Below, in pieces: positions 24,142 to 38,460 of a stretch of DNA of 64,000 bases. The notes under the pieces are model-generated. The model made no database searches. It had not been told where the DNA came from and was given only the letters and a program-made list of their open reading frames with translations. The DNA is from Camelus dromedarius (lineage: Eukaryota), in assembly GCF_036321535.1 (NCBI RefSeq), contig NC_087437.1:98086001-98150000 (forward strand). The letters run 5' to 3'. Position 1 is the first letter of the stretch. Each line of letters starts with the position of its first letter. The position numbers and the translations under genes were made by a program.

Positions 24142-26099
24142 CTGCAATGAAGAGATTTATGAGTCAAGGAATAACAAAATGATCATTTTCATTGGAAACT
24201 CATCTAATCTACCAACCCAGCTTTATACAGTACTCCGTCTAAATTAGCCTGTGCATAGTGATTATGAGTTGATGGTATACCAATTTTCAGCAGTGAGCTA
24301 GACAGTGAAGAGAGGCCTTCTCAGCCCTCATTACAGAGCCAGGAATTCAAACAAGTCTCTAAGTGCTGGGGAGTCATGCACAAAATGAGGCCATTTCTCA
24401 AGAAGCATGGTGGAGACATCAAGTTCAAGGCACTAAATAAAGGCCTATTTGGACACCAGTAAACTGTGTTGGGTGTCAGGTCACAGGTTTTAGTTATATG
24501 TTTCCCTCTAATTAGAGTACTAATTAACACTAATTAGAATGATGTCTTTAAGAAACAGAATCTGTTCTACTTCAGCTGCCTCTTCTGCAGAGTTGTCTTT
24601 ACAATCATCTTACAAAGGAACTCTCAGGATAAAATGGATACAAGTATGCTTTGAAACAGCAAAACTATTTCACAAGCACAGTAAATGCATTGATATTAAT
24701 GTTTACTATTTATACTAATAAAATATTGTTTGTTTTTATCCTTTTATGGAATTATGAATTTTAAAATATATGAGTTTACATTTAAAACCATTATGTGTTC
24801 CACTGGAGATCAAAGAAGCCCAGCTAAAAGAATTATGGGCTGACGGACACGACAACTGTTGACTGAGCAAAAATTCTTATTGAACAAGCTATCTTGAAGA
24901 TTACAACTCAAAATTGGAGGAATTAAGGGGATGGACAGTAGAAAGAATCACAATATGTGAAATTCTTAAAAAACTTACTGACAAATTATTTTGCCTACCT
25001 TACACAATTGAAAAAAAGACCTTCACACTTTTTGTAGGAAGGAAAAAAAAAAAAACAAAACATTGAGGACTCCATAGTTAATCTTCTTTGTGTTTGACTT
25101 GTTATATTTTTTCTTTTTGAGACAGAATTGGTCTAGTGATGGCATCATCCAGAAAGAGTCTTAAGAGAGAGCAGTATACGCTTAGTATATTGAAAATTTC
25201 TAGACAGAGTGATGGGTGATACTGATAATGGTGTCATCAAAATATAGATCTGTTGGATTATGAAAAAGTTTAATTGCTTGAAACAATGAGTGAAAAAACA
25301 GTGTTTCACTGAAAAATATTCACATGTTTAAAAAGTATTTTATTAAGATGGAAACAAAGTGAAGATTGAATTGTATTCACATTGTCTACCTTTAGAAATT
25401 TCAACCCTACAGTTTCATAATTCAAGTAACCCCTGCACATGGCAACTTATTGGGAAAATTTAAAGGATGTAAGTGAGCCCTAAGCATGTGTGGTCTGAAA
25501 TACATAAACATGTAGGGAAAGCAAAAACCTAACAAAAGCACAGAGTGGTGAGTGAAGGCTAAGCTTTGGACCTGTTAGTGGCCCACCCACAAACAGGCAG
25601 CACCGTGGACTGTGGGCTTTGTGGTTTAATGTAAATAGACATCCTCCATGTAAAGCAAATCCCTGCTCAAGTCCAGGGGCTACAGCAGCACGTGCAGCTA
25701 TGAAAGGAGGCTGAAGAAAGCTCCTTCCAGTAGCTGCTGGGGCTCTTGCTTCAAGAAAGCTCTAGACCAGTAAAGCACAATTCAACCACACAGCCAGCAA
25801 ACTGGGATCAGAAACAAGCTGCCAGCTAGTTCAGTGACTGGATCAGTAACACACCAAATACCACCTTGGGACGGGATCCCTGGACCAGCAATGTAAGCCT
25901 AGGTTCTAACCTCGGGCCTCAGAGAGACTTGAGATTCATGCCTCACAACTAGATGGAGAAAGATGAAGAGGCTAGGAAGGAGGAAAAAGAGAGGCAGGGA
26001 AGGGTGGAGGTGGATGGGGGGAGGAGAGGGAGAGACAGAGACAGAGATACAGATGGAGAGACAGAGACAGAGAAAAGGGAAAAAGAGTTATCATTCAAC

Positions 26100-27700
26100 A
26101 GTAGCCAGAATGCATGAAGGGATCAAATGCTAAGAAAGTCAACCGAATTGACAATCTGAAAATAAAGCCACTTTATTCCCAATGAAATTAAAATCATAAA
26201 ATGGACGGAGAAATAATTTAAGAAAGACTGTCAACTTCACAGAGCTAAATAAAAAAGAAATATACAATTAAAATTAAATAACCTACAATGAAACCAAAAC
26301 TGACAGAAAAGAAACAAGAACCATTAAATAGCAACAAAAAGTAAACTATTTTAAAAAATATTGAAAAAATATATAATCATATAAATTTGTATGAAATAAT
26401 CAAAATTTGGGATGAACTCTAGAACTCTCAAAAGAATTGGAAGATGCTAGAGAGTTCACCAGGGTGCAGCATGAAAGAATAAATAGAAAACGCATGAAAT
26501 ATTGAAATAAAATTGTCTATTGGGACATGTTGAGACACTACAGCATAGGATTAATAGGAATTCTAGAAAAATAAAATGACAGATTTTTCTTTCATTTTAA
26601 GAAAATTATAGACCAATTTTACTTATAGCTTTAAAAATCCTAAGTGTAATGTTAACAAAATTAATCGAATAATGTTTTTAAAAATACACCACGGCCAATC
26701 AGTGTTTAATGTAAGAATATAAGGATGTTTCAACATTTAAATATACTATTAACATGTTTAAAAAGACAGCTTATTCTTTCAATAAATATTCTAAGGTATC
26801 TGAAAAATTTATTATTCATCTTTGATAAAATCTTAGCAAACTGGGAAAAGACAGGACTTCCTTAACCTTATTAGGGTTATTTATCAAAAACCTTGGGAAG
26901 ACTCAATTAGAAGTAATTACATGAATGTTGGAAGCAAGACTAGGATGTCTGCCATTACAGCATTTTTACTTGTCAATGCGATGGAAGAGAGAGAAGCAGA
27001 GAACGGTACAATTGCTAAAGAAGAGGAAATGTGCGGGTTGCCTATGTTAAAAATCAAAAATAAACCAGAGACTACAAGAATTTTAAAAATTCAGCAAAAC
27101 TAACCATCTGCATTATCAATATCTGAAAATCAACAATGTATCTATAAATCAGCAAGAACAAATGAGGGGAAAAAAATCACAACAGCAACCAGAGCTTAGC
27201 AATAAAGTTAGTAAAATATGTGTAAGAATAGTATAGAGAAAATTATAAAACATCATTAAAGGCCATGAAGAAGATTAGAATAAATGAAGAGCTTTATTTG
27301 TTTGTGAATGGGAGAACTCAACCCCATTATGAAGTCAATTTCCCATAAAGATGGTGTGAAATTCAAATCCATTTTAATCAAAACCCCATCAAAGATTTTC
27401 ATATAACTTGAAAGATGATTCTGTATTCACACAGAAGCACAGAGACTTAAAAAGCCCACATTTTGAAGAAGGACAAAGAGAAGATATTCTTTTGAATAAC
27501 ATGTCTCCTTGGCATTAGAATGATCTTAGTAGATACACAGAACAGTCATTAAGAAAGGATGGAGGTAAAACAATGGGGTAAAATACATAAACCAAATAAA
27601 GAGAGATGCAGCATTTCAAGCCACTGAAGAAACAGCACAGGGATAATTGATTAGTGACTTTATTGGGCTACAAAGCCAAGTTAAACTCAATAACTATTTG
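26100..27700 (+). mobile_element. Highly decayed L1 ORF1/ORF2 remnants
   Basis: A-rich strand bias; ORF2-like motifs (CTTAGCAAACTGGGAA, GGACTTCCTTAACCT, CAAGACTAGGATGTC, AAAATCAACAATGTATCTATA); many stops. Confidence 0.7.
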
Positions 27701-30519
27701 ATGAGCTCAACAGGAAAATCATCATGCTTCAAATAAGCGAGCTTTCTAAAAGCCTTATCACTGTGTAAAACTCTAAGAAAAATTCTGGAGTCAGAGTGGC
27801 ACACATAAAAGGATGTTCCTGCCCCTCTTTTGAGAGACAGACCCCATTTGGAGTTTATAGATCTAAAATAATTGCAATCACCTTTAATGGATTATTTATA
27901 GTATCCTTGGTTCAGAATGGGTAGTTCATTAAGTCTGGCTTTATATTTCTCTTAAAAACCCCATTTACTAAAAGATTTACAATTTCCCCCTACACTTAAG
28001 AGAATGTTTAACTCTTTCACTGGCTTTCCTTAGTGGTAGTCTTCATATGATGCTTGCTACTTAAAATCACCTCCTTCCTAGAGGTTTAGAGGTCAATATA
28101 TTTCTATACACCTCCACTTTTTAATTCTTCGACCTCTCTTTCCACTAAGTCAGTAGTTTTTAATCTCTTCTTAAAAATGCTGTGTCCCATATGTTCACAT
28201 TCCTGCAGACACAGATAAAATATGTTTTGAATTATGCACAAATTCCTGGCAAAAACTGTAACCCCACCCCTTTTTCACAGCTCATAACAGCACTGTAGGG
28301 TGTCACAACACCCTGGTTGAGAGCCCGTATGCTAAATAACATTATTTCTTCCACAAGAAGAAATTTTTAAAAATACCTAAAACAGTTTTGATCTTTTTCC
28401 AAGTACCTTGTGGATGTTTTCTTATTAAAGCAACTAATTTTGGCCACATATAAGTTTTGGAATGCTTAGACAAAATAAGTCAGCAGATCATGATGGTTCA
28501 GTCTAATGCAGTATGTTTCTAGGCAAGTCACTTTTTAAGGATAACTTTAGAAGATACAAAAGAGTTGCAGTCAAACTGAGTCCATGAGGCATGGCTCTGA
28601 AGCGATCCTTTTTGAGTATGTGCTCCCATCCTTATAGTACAGAGAAAGACAATCATGCTCGTTATATGGTTATATGTCTTTAGTTGCAGGATTACAAAGC
28701 ATATGCCACGCTATGCTGAGCTATGCTATGTTATAGAAACATTAGCATACTGATTATAGGACCATTCAGAGTGATTTTGGAACGCAATCGTGTCTGTTGC
28801 TACACTGCCTATTTCCACGGGAAGTATATTCACATAAACCATATATAGCTCTTTTAGAGCAACTAGGAAAGAATGCACAATACCACTTAAATCACCTGAA
28901 ATGGGGTTTCTCCGGTCAGATTTATATGGCACAAAGCAAAGTTGAGCACTGGTAGTTATTCTGTAAATTGGGACTATACAGGCACCCCGCACTCGATGAT
29001 TCAGCCTGCCACATCTCACAATTGCATTTTATTTTTCAAGATGCTTTAAGATTAAATCCCTTATCTTGGCTTAAAATGCCTCCTGTTTAGGTACTGCAAC
29101 CTATGTCAGCACCATCTCTAGCACTTATGTTAATCTTATTTGCAATTTGGAAAGAAAACAAACATCAAAGCAAACCATTTTATTTCCTCAATCGACAGGG
29201 ATCTCCCATCGACATCTTGAAAAGCCAATGAATAGGCATAATACCCTGCTGTAAGCACAGATAGAAATGAATAAAATTATTTTTGAAATGCATTTTTAGC
29301 TTTGGCAAATGGTCACAATTGCAGGTTAGAATTATAAAGTATTTCCAGATCTGTGACTACTGGCTAACTTTCCCTGATCCACTTCAGGCTAAAGGGAAAA
29401 AAAAAAAAAAGAAAAAGCAATAATGTAAAAAAGAATCGGAGAGGCGCTTATACCCTTGAATGAGCACATCTGTAGGACTGGATTAATCTATTGTACCTTG
29501 CACTTACAGTGCTGTGTAACTCAGAAAGTTGCCTCCATGGTAGTTTAACCAAGCCAACATTGAATGGAATTCATTATTCAAGCAATAAAGAAGAAATTGT
29601 GATTCCTAGGAATGTCCCAAAGCAAAACAAGCAACCCAAATGCAACATATTTTGCAAAAAAACCCAAAAAAACCCCCCAAAAAACTCATACTCAATAATA
29701 AAAAGAAGAGTTCCTCAAAAATACTATTTACATCTCACACTTAGAAATTCAGTTTCAAAATGTTAAGTAACTAGTAATTATTAGGGATAAATTTGTACTT
29801 TTTTTGTAAATTACTTGCCTTCGAATGAGTATTGTTGGCTTAAGTTCTTTAACGAAACCATACTTCCTCCTTTTTCTGACGTGGACTTTCTAATAAGACC
29901 CTAGAATGTATTAATCTCCCCACTTAGGAAGTTAAGGGTATACCCTAACTCCATACAGTAAAATACAAATGAGGATATAAATGGTACATGTGAAAAAACT
30001 TACCAGCGAAAAGCAGAAAAGATTCATTTTGGTCAGCTCCAGTCCCTTGTCGCTGTGCGAGCTCTCTCTTGCCTTCCCAGCTGTTTGGGCGGTTCTCATG
30101 GGAGATTACTACGAAGTAAAATCCCTGCCATAATCCCAGGGATTCAGAGACCATTATCAAATGAGATAGATCTTTACTGAACAAACAATTTTCTAAATTA
30201 ATGAGGAACCCTGACTATTCAAATGAGAGAATAAGACTTAGCATGATCTTTGTAATCAGATTTCAAAGGTGGCAATAATATTCTTAAAATCTGGAGGAAA
30301 ATGCACCAAAAACAACCACAGGCCTACAAAACTAAATTGAAAATATGAAGCAAACCCTGAAGAAAATGTCCTCCTCCAATATAAAAGCAGCACCTTCCCT
30401 TCAAAGCTGTTAGTTCAAGGCTCCGTACCATGTGCTTCCCCACCTCCCTCCCCTTTTTTCTCTTGCATTAATTTAAAAAAAGTTGGATCTCTTATATGAC
30501 AAGGTACTGAGATAAGCAC

Positions 30520-31060
30520 TTTTTATGGTGGTAAAGTATACATAACTGAAAATTTCCCATTTTAACCATTTTTAAGTGCACAGTCTTGTAGCATTAAGTA
30601 TATTCACCTTGTTTTCCAAACATCTTCACTATCCATCTCCAGAACTTTTTCATCTTACAAAACTGAAACTCCCTACCAATTAAACACCTCATTCCTCCCC
30701 ACCAGCCCCTGGCAACCACCATTCTGCTTTCCGTTTCTGTGAATTTCACTATTCTTGGCATCTCATTTAAGTGGAATCATGCAGTCTTTTGCCTTTTGGT
30801 AATTGGCTTATTTCACTTAGTATAATGTCTTCAAGTCTCACTTATGTTGTAGCAGGCGTCAGAATTTTTTTCTTTTTAAGGCTAAGTAATATCCGTTGTA
30901 TGCATACACCACATTTTGTTTGTCCATTCATCTGTTGTTGGACACTTAGGTTGCTTTTACCTTTTGTCTACTGTGGATAACGTTGCTATGAATATGAGTC
31001 TCTACGTGCGTTCCTGCTCTCAGTTCTTTTGACTATATACTCAAAGGTGGAATGGCTGCC
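30520..31060 (-). mobile_element. L1MB-type 3' end
   Basis: CCATTTTAACCATTTTTAAGTG...CAGCCCCTGGCAACCACCATTCTGCTTTC...TGGCTTATTTCACTTAGTATAATG. Confidence 0.85.
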
Positions 31061-31219
31061 AAGGTAAACTTAGATCTTGCAAATACACTTCTTCAGTTGG
31101 CCCTGGACTTACTTTTTCTTTAAATCCCATTTATTTCTAGGACCCTTGGAAAGGGCATCTGCAGTTGTCCCCTGTCCTTTAATTAGGAATACCAGGAGAG
31201 TTACAATGTAAACTTCTGC

Positions 31220-31460
31220 TGTAGGGTGTTGCTAGCTAAGAATGCTTCAAGTTCCACGTGACAGACTACATGACTGAGCATGCTTACTCATGGCTAAGGG
31301 GAGTTCTTCTCATATAAGGGTTAGCCTGTGGGTTGACGATTGTTGGCATTGATGCAGAGGATCAGTGAGGTCAGAGTCATGGTCACCAGTTGCAGTTCCC
31401 TTGCCCTTCTCTTCATGGTCTGCATTATGGATGCAGAAGCTCAAAGCATTAGGTCCTCAC
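31220..31460 (-). mobile_element. Old MLT1 (J/K-like) LTR fragment
   Basis: Decayed MaLR-like motifs (GCTAAGAATGCTTCAAGTT...GACAGA; CTTCATGGTC...ATGGATGCAG). Confidence 0.4.
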
Positions 31461-31744
31461 AGAGCTGCTTTCAGATGGAAGAAACAGACATCACCAGCAC
31501 CAACACCAGGCAGCCCTCCGTGTTTGGTTGCCTTTCTATGATTCCTTGCAACAGCCTCAGCACCTCTGTATGTTTCTCAGTTTCAGCATCCTTTCTCAAA
31601 GTTAGTACTTTTGGAGAGTACTATTTAAGGTATATTTGGAGAAGAAGTAATATTAAAGTTTAATTAAAACCAGATAAAACTAGGACTTTGAGTCTCTTCC
31701 TTTTGATCTCTTAAGAGCTATAACATTATTTCAAGCCCCAATAT

Positions 31745-33560
31745 TTTAAAAAATTGATGATGAGATTTTCATACACATTCAAAAGTAGAGTTCAGTAATC
31801 CCTCTGCATTTCCATCACCTAGATGCAAAAATTATCAAGATATCCTGTTTCATCCTTATCATTTTTCTTTTCTGCTAAAGTATTTTAAACCCCAGATATC
31901 ATGTCATTTCACTCCTACATACTTCACTTTGTAGCTCCAAAATTGTTTGACATTTTCTTAGATAATCAGAATGCCATTGTGACACTTAAAAATTATTCCT
32001 TGGTAACATCAAATACTTCCCTGTGTCACCCCTCCCCCATCCCCCACCTCCACTCCCCAAGCCCCCAACCCCCTTGCCAACAGAGAGATGGGGTCATACT
32101 CCTCCAATCCCTTGGATGTGGGCTGAGACTGGAACTACACTGATAGGATACGGCCACAGGAGTGCTGTGGTAGACCTAAGCCTAGTCTTTAAGAGGACTG
32201 CAGGCTTCCATTTCCTTTTTCTTTGACCCCAGCTGTCCTATTGTGAGGAATCCCAAGCAGCGCATAAAGAGACCTACACGAAGGACACTGAAGGCTCCTA
32301 TGACAGCCCCAGATGCTCTCCAAGTTGACAGCCAGCACCGATGTGCTAGCCCTGTGAGTGAAGCCATCTTGGGAGTAAATCCTCAAGTCCCAGGCAAGCC
32401 CCACTAGCGATGCCAAATGGAGCAGAGAGTCATCCCCTAAGAGGACTGACCTAACTGCGAATTTGTGAGAAAATAAATTTTTATTGTTTTAAGCCACTAA
32501 GTTCTGGTGTGGTTTGTTATGTGACAAGATAGCCAAAGCACTTTCCAAAATTAAATTCCCCAATGGTCTTTAAAAATACATACATTTTTCATTCACTCCA
32601 TTTGAATCAAGATCCAAACAAGGACCACATGTCACACTTGATTATCATGTCTCTCATTCCTTCTTCCTTCCTTCCCCCCTCTCTCTCTGTCTCTGTCTCT
32701 GTCTCCCTTCCTTGCCAGTAGCTTTTGCAGAAATCAGGTGCTGTAAAATGTGTCACATTCAGAATTTTCTGTTTGCTTCTTTCTGAATTATTTACCTTAT
32801 TCTTCTATCTCTAGTATCTCCTCTAAATGGAAATCAGCTCTTCCCTACAAATGGAATTTGGTTAGATTCTGAATCAACATTGTGCAAGAACATCTCCTAG
32901 GTGTCTCTGGGTGCTGTATGTTGTACCATCTCAGGAGGCACTCAATATTTTCCCCTTTTGCTGATGCTTAGCTTCATCTATTGATTACCCAAACTTAAAT
33001 AAATTATTTTTATTAGGAACGACATGTTTAATTGTGTGTCATATCATGCACATTAACTGGAAAATTTTGTAAAGTAGACATTTCTTTGATCATCTAATGC
33101 TATGGCTAACCTAAAACATGGTGCAGAGAGGACAAAGCAGGACACATGGCAATTTCAGAATAAGGAATTAGGGCTCCAGTTATTTTTTCCTGGCATCCAA
33201 TGAACTGTTTACTATTTTTCTCTCCCTCTTCCACCTCCTCCTCTTCCTTCTCTCTTTCTCATGACACTACCAGCTTAGAAATTTTCATATAGACAATGTG
33301 CTTCAGTTAATGCTTCCATGTTCTTCTTGATGCCCAATTATGTCCTATCTTTGGTCATTGAGAGTCCTTTAGTATATGTGTTCTAGCAAAGAACAATTTA
33401 CTGTTCTTTGAGCTTCTTGAGTTAGAGCATAACAGAAAGTTCTGGGCTCATCTGGTACATTTTCTTTCTCAGATCCAGTCAGCCATACATCCAAGGAAAG
33501 CCTGAAATCCTTCGGTAGTTTCTGAAAGCCTCAATCTATGTGCCGTGGTATTTTTGCTGT
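31745..33560 (-). mobile_element. L1MC4/5-like 3' region interrupted by an MLT1 LTR
   Basis: CCATCACCTAGATG...TTATCAAG, ATCATGTCATTTCACTCC, TTGAATCAAGATCCAAACAAGG motifs on both sides of the LTR. Confidence 0.65.
32022..32540 (+). mobile_element. MLT1 (F/G-like) LTR
   Basis: GTGAGTGAAGCCATCTTGG and terminal AATAAAT...TTGTTTTAAGCCACTAAGTTCTGGTGTGGTTTGTTATG. Confidence 0.8.
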
Positions 33561-33779
33561 TCCTTTTTGTTTTCTCTCTGAATCTCATTTGCTTGTTTTA
33601 AGATATCAATTGCTTCCCACATATAATGACTAGAGAACTTATTACTTCAAACCACCTATTAATGGTTCAACTTGCAGTCAGAGATTGCTCCTTATAATCC
33701 TTTTGTTACGTGGACTCCTGTCATTGGAGAGGAGGTGGATATTGGGAGAATCCAAAGATAACACTGTAGCATCTAACTT

Positions 33780-34200
33780 TTTTTAATTTAAAAATTTATT
33801 GCTAAATAGTAGTGTATTATATGGATATATCACAATTCATTCAATTGTTGAAGGACATTTGAGTTGTTTGCAGTTTTTGGGCTTACTACAAAAAGTCTGC
33901 TATGAATATTTAAGTATAAGTCTTTGTATAAAGATAAATTTTTCTTTTCACTTGGCTAGAACCTCAGGGTAGAGTAGCTGGATAATACGGTAGGTGAATG
34001 TTTACCTTCTTAAGAAACTGCCAAACGGATTTCCAAAGGGATCTTTCTGTCAGTGATTTCGAATTCAATTACAGTGTGATCTGTAAAGAGAACACACTTT
34101 ATATGAATTGACTCCATTTACAATTATCGAGACTGGTTTTCTAGCCCAGACGATGTTCTGTGATTATAAATGTTTTAAATCTTTGTAAAAATTTTCCCTC
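33780..34200 (-). mobile_element. L1ME fragment
   Basis: GTTGAAGGACATTTGAGTTGTTTGCAGTTTTTGG...TGCTATGAATATT...AAGAAACTGCCAAAC. Confidence 0.7.
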
Positions 34201-34519
34201 TGTACTTTTACTATAACTTGAATTTTTCCTAACTCCTGTATCTGCTTGAAGCAATAATAACAATAAAATATCTTGGGATTTTTTTCTGCAAAAGTCCTCT
34301 GAAGTATTTTAACTAAGACACCCACTGCCCAAAAGTCATGGCTAATGCAAAGAGAGAGACTAGGTCTTGGAGACACGGCAAATGCCCCTGTTGACTCACA
34401 TCATAGCTTTCTCCTCTCATATACTAAAAATTAAACTATCTTTTACCTACTTCCTCTGCAGATAAATTTCTATACTCTGTAAGGTGACAATTACTTTTCA
34501 TTACAATAGGTAGTTATGA

Positions 34520-34740
34520 TAGGGTGCAGCGAACATACCCTTTGGAGCCCGACAGACCTGCGTTTGAATTCAGTAAGTTACTACGAAAACTTTGACAGGT
34601 CACTTAATTCTCTGAATGCCAATTTCCACGTCTATAAAAAAGGGATGATAGAATCTGTCTTAAAGTCTTTTTTTTAATATAAATTGATACCAACGTGTGT
34701 AAAGTGAATCCGAGGAAGAATTCAACAAACTGCTATTGTG
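34520..34740 (+). mobile_element. MIR SINE
   Basis: TTTGGAGCCCGACAGACCTGCGTTTGAATT...GTCACTTAATTCTCTGAATGCC...TCTATAAAA. Confidence 0.7.
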
Positions 34741-35886
34741 AATTAGTTGGGTCATGTCTTCCAATTAAAGTGCATACCACAAGCAGCCACTAAATTTTAC
34801 TGTCTCACTCAAAAAGAAGGAAGGAAGTGTGTCTTGGCCAAAGTACATCAGAGCCGAAGCCACAAGATTTGGATTCTATATCTAGCCCTTGAACTACAGA
34901 ACTCTGTGACAAAGCCTTTCAAACTCAAAGGGTTTTTCAGTTTCTTTATCTACAAAACAAAAGTGATAGAATAGGTTTTTTTCTCAACATTTTTCACATA
35001 AAATCACACACACAAAAGGTGGAGGTTTCCTCAAGGCCCACTGGCCACTTCAAGTACCAAGGAGACGATATCTCAACACAGCTATAACCATTCTGGGTGT
35101 ATCAGCAGGTCACCACACAGCAGTCGGGAAACTCTGGTCTGAAAGGTATCCAGGGTCCCTCTGGTTCTTGATATTCATGATGGATATTTCAGAGCAGAGA
35201 AAATGGTAAAGTTAGAGTGAGGGAGAAGAAAATTTCCAGTTAGATAGAGGCAAATGTAATCTTTATATTCAAATCTTGTGGATTGCTTCATGAAATTATA
35301 GTACAGACAGTTCTGAGACCTCCCCTGCCATATGCCCAGGTGGAACTTCCTTAAATTAGGTTGAAATATTTAGAAATCATACAGTCCTTTTCATTGCAAA
35401 GGAATGTCTTAGTTTAATAAATAATCATGTATTGTCTCAGGTCCATTTCTCAAACTTCATAAACAAAGGACTGATGTCAAGTCATGAATTTTGAAGAAGC
35501 ACAATTAGAATAGCAGAACATAAAATACCTACCATCTTGGAAATAAATCACAGAAAGAATTATAATCATATCTATCATCTTTTCAACTCACATAACATTG
35601 TTTTCCTGTTTTTAAGCATCAAATATCAAAGGAAAGGAGAGAGAGAGAAATAAAGGGAGGGAGGAAGGGAAGAGAGAAGGGGAAGGGGAAGAGACAGAGA
35701 GAAAGAGAGAGACAGAAAGAGAGAAAGAGGAAGAAAACTAACAGTTGTACATTTTTATGATGGACAAGTATTTTAAATTTTCATGGACTGATTTTTGAAG
35801 GAAAACTAGGGAGAGCCATATTTGTTAAATAAATGTTTATAGAAATGTATTTGTTTTAAAATGCTGAAATTTCCAGCTTTACCTGG

Positions 35887-36413
35887 TATAAATGAAAAAT
35901 ATATTGCCAACCATATCAGTAAACAAAAGATACTGGGGCCATCAAGTCATCAGCTGCTACTGCCACCCCTTACCATCACCCCCAACAGTGAGCAGAGAGA
36001 ACTCAGGATGCAGACAAGTAGGCAGCCCGCCTCTGCAGCCAACCGCAACGGTGCACCCTGAGGGAACTCAGGATATAAAAGAACAGGATACTCGCCCAAG
36101 ATAGCCAGGAATGATTTCAAAGAACCCAGACCTTTGCACCTTCCTATGCATAGAAAAGTGCTAAATTCCTTAACTTGAGATATCTGATTTTCTTTAATTA
36201 ACAGTAATCTTTTGATGTTCTGACTACTTGGTCTTTATTACAAAAAACAAAAACAAAACAAAACTCCTATATATCCTGGCTTCTCCCTTGCCTGGGTGGA
36301 ACAGTCCCTTAGAGTGATATGAGAGGTTGTGTCCCAGGCTTGAGTCCTCAGGAAGTCCACTGAATAAAACATAATTCTCAACTTATTGGTTGTGCATTTT
36401 ATTTCAGTTGACA
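35887..36413 (+). mobile_element. ERV1-type solo LTR, well preserved
   Basis: About 527 bp; TA(TG-like)...CA termini; TATATA near 36268; AATAAA at 36363-36368; end GGTTGTGCATTTTATTTCAGTTGACA; internal repeat of GAACTCAGGAT. Confidence 0.75.
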
Positions 36414-37442
36414 CTTGTAAAGATTTTCAATGTTTTTTTGCAACAAAAGTAGAATTTGATAAAATAAGCTTTTAGGAAGTTTAAGAGATTTGTTTTAGAA
36501 AGTAGTGATTTATAGATATGGTAGAGAAGAATAATGTTTCTTAAAAGGTATTCCAGTGGGGGAAGAATCCATAAATGTTATCTCTGAGCCTCAATTTTAT
36601 TTATAAAGCGTATGGCATAGAATTGAAAAATCTCAAGGTTCTTGCATCTTTTCCCAAACTCCTGAAAACTGCAATGAATGAAAGATAGCTTTAAACTTTG
36701 TAAGCAAACTGGTATAAATTAGACTTTTAAAATACCTGACAAAACTAAATGGAAAAATGCATTTAATTTAAACGGATGCCCTATGACTACAAATACAATT
36801 GTCCTTCTTTCATTAATAGTCCTTTAAAGTTTTAATTTAATAGAAAAGATATAGATAGGTAATAGCAAATATAATTAGTATCTTCTATCCAGCAGATTTC
36901 AGGAGATGGCTTGATCACTAGCTCCAGAGAGCACTCCATATGAGCCGCAAGATGCTCATGACTCTGGAATACTGTGTTTTCCCCAACTAAATTGAAATGC
37001 TTTTCCTTGATAAGATTTCATGACACTGGGAAGTGCACTGGCTGTTTACTATTAATCTCTTTGCTTTAGGTACAGTACAAATTTAGTGTCCAAGGAAAAT
37101 ATGTGCTTGTTGAACTTCTCTTTTTCCTTAGGTAAACTTAATGTACTTTTATCTAGAACAACCTCACTGCATCTGCCTTTATGCTAATGCTTTGTTTAAT
37201 GATGCTGAAACAGTGAATGTTTTCATAGAGTTGGCCAAACCAAAATACTGTTATACCTACAGACCACCATGTATGGCCTCTAGGGATCAGAGATCCCTAA
37301 CTTGTCTCCTCCAGCTGTGGAAAATTTCAGAGTGCATAAATCTCAGCATCGTCTGTGTGCACCACCATGATGCAAGGATGGGAAGCCATAGTAGTGGGAG
37401 AACAAAAGCAAATATTTCAAGTACTTACTAGCCTAAGAGGCA

Positions 37443-37529
37443 GCGGGTGGGTAGAGCTCAGTGGTAGAGTGTGTGCTTAGCAGGCACAAGGTCCTGGGTT
37501 CAATCCCCAGTACCTCCATTAAAAAAAAA
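37443..37529 (+). mobile_element. Short tRNA-derived SINE (camelid Vic-1-like)
   Basis: A-box-like GAGCTCAGTGG, B box GGTTCAATCC, 3' CCCCAGTACCTCC and poly(A); GAGGCA on both flanks. Confidence 0.85.
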
Positions 37530-37579
37530 TGAGGCAAATTTTTCTCTAAGATTTCTTAATGGTATATTTTTTTTTTCAA

Positions 37580-38460
37580 GAAATAATACCATTGCCAATT
37601 TTTAAAAACTGAGCTATAATTCACCTTCATAATGTTAGCTCTTCTGGCATATGTGTTTTAATCGTGGTTTTAACAACGTTGAGCTCCTTTTCATGTTTCT
37701 TAGCCATTTTGACACAGAAATGTCTGTTCAAATCTTTCACCCATTCTTAATTTAGCTGTCTGTTTTTTATTTTCTTTGTAAGAGTTACTTATTTGTAAGA
37801 GCTCTTTATATTTTGTTGATGAGTACTTTGACAAATACATACATTACATATGTATATATTACACCAATCTTTTCCAAGTCTGTGGCTTGATTTTCATCCT
37901 AATGCTATCACTTAATGAGAACTTTTAATTATTTATTAATTAAACAACTTTAATTATTTATTAATAGTTTCTTTTCCTTTAATTATTTATTAATCTTTTC
38001 CTTAGTGGCTATTGTGTCTTAGTTAAGAAATCTTTACCTATTTCAAAGTCATGAGGAAATTCTCCATGTTCTATTCTAGAAGCTTGATTGATTTAGCTTT
38101 CATATGTAATGTCTGTGATCCATTTCAAATTGATTTCAGTGTTTGGTGTGAGGTGGGAGTCGAGGTTCCTTTGTTTTGTTCTGCATTGATACATCCAGTT
38201 TTGACCCAGTGCTGTTTATTGAGAAGATCATCAGTTTTCTACTGACGTGAAGTGGCATCCTTATCATCTTATCAAGGTACTGTTTCTAAGTGGATAGGTT
38301 TCTGGAATCTCTATCATATTCCACTGGTCAATCTTTCTGTCAGTCTTACATTTTCTTAATTTCTATAGCTTTAGAGCAAGTCTTGTTCTCTGGTACATAC
38401 TCCAGATTTGCTCTGTGTCTTTCACATTGTCTTGACTATCCTATGTTCTTCGGTGTATTT
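37580..38460 (-). mobile_element. Old L1 ORF2 3' region
   Basis: GTTGAGCTCCTTTTCATG...GAAATGTCTGTTCAAATCTTTCACCCATT...TTAAGAAATCTTTACCT...CATCCAGTTTTGACCCAG. Confidence 0.75.

Noticed and set aside
37443..37529. tRNA gene
   Set aside because: Poly(A) tail, flanking direct repeat and a second dispersed copy indicate a SINE; no complete acceptor stem.
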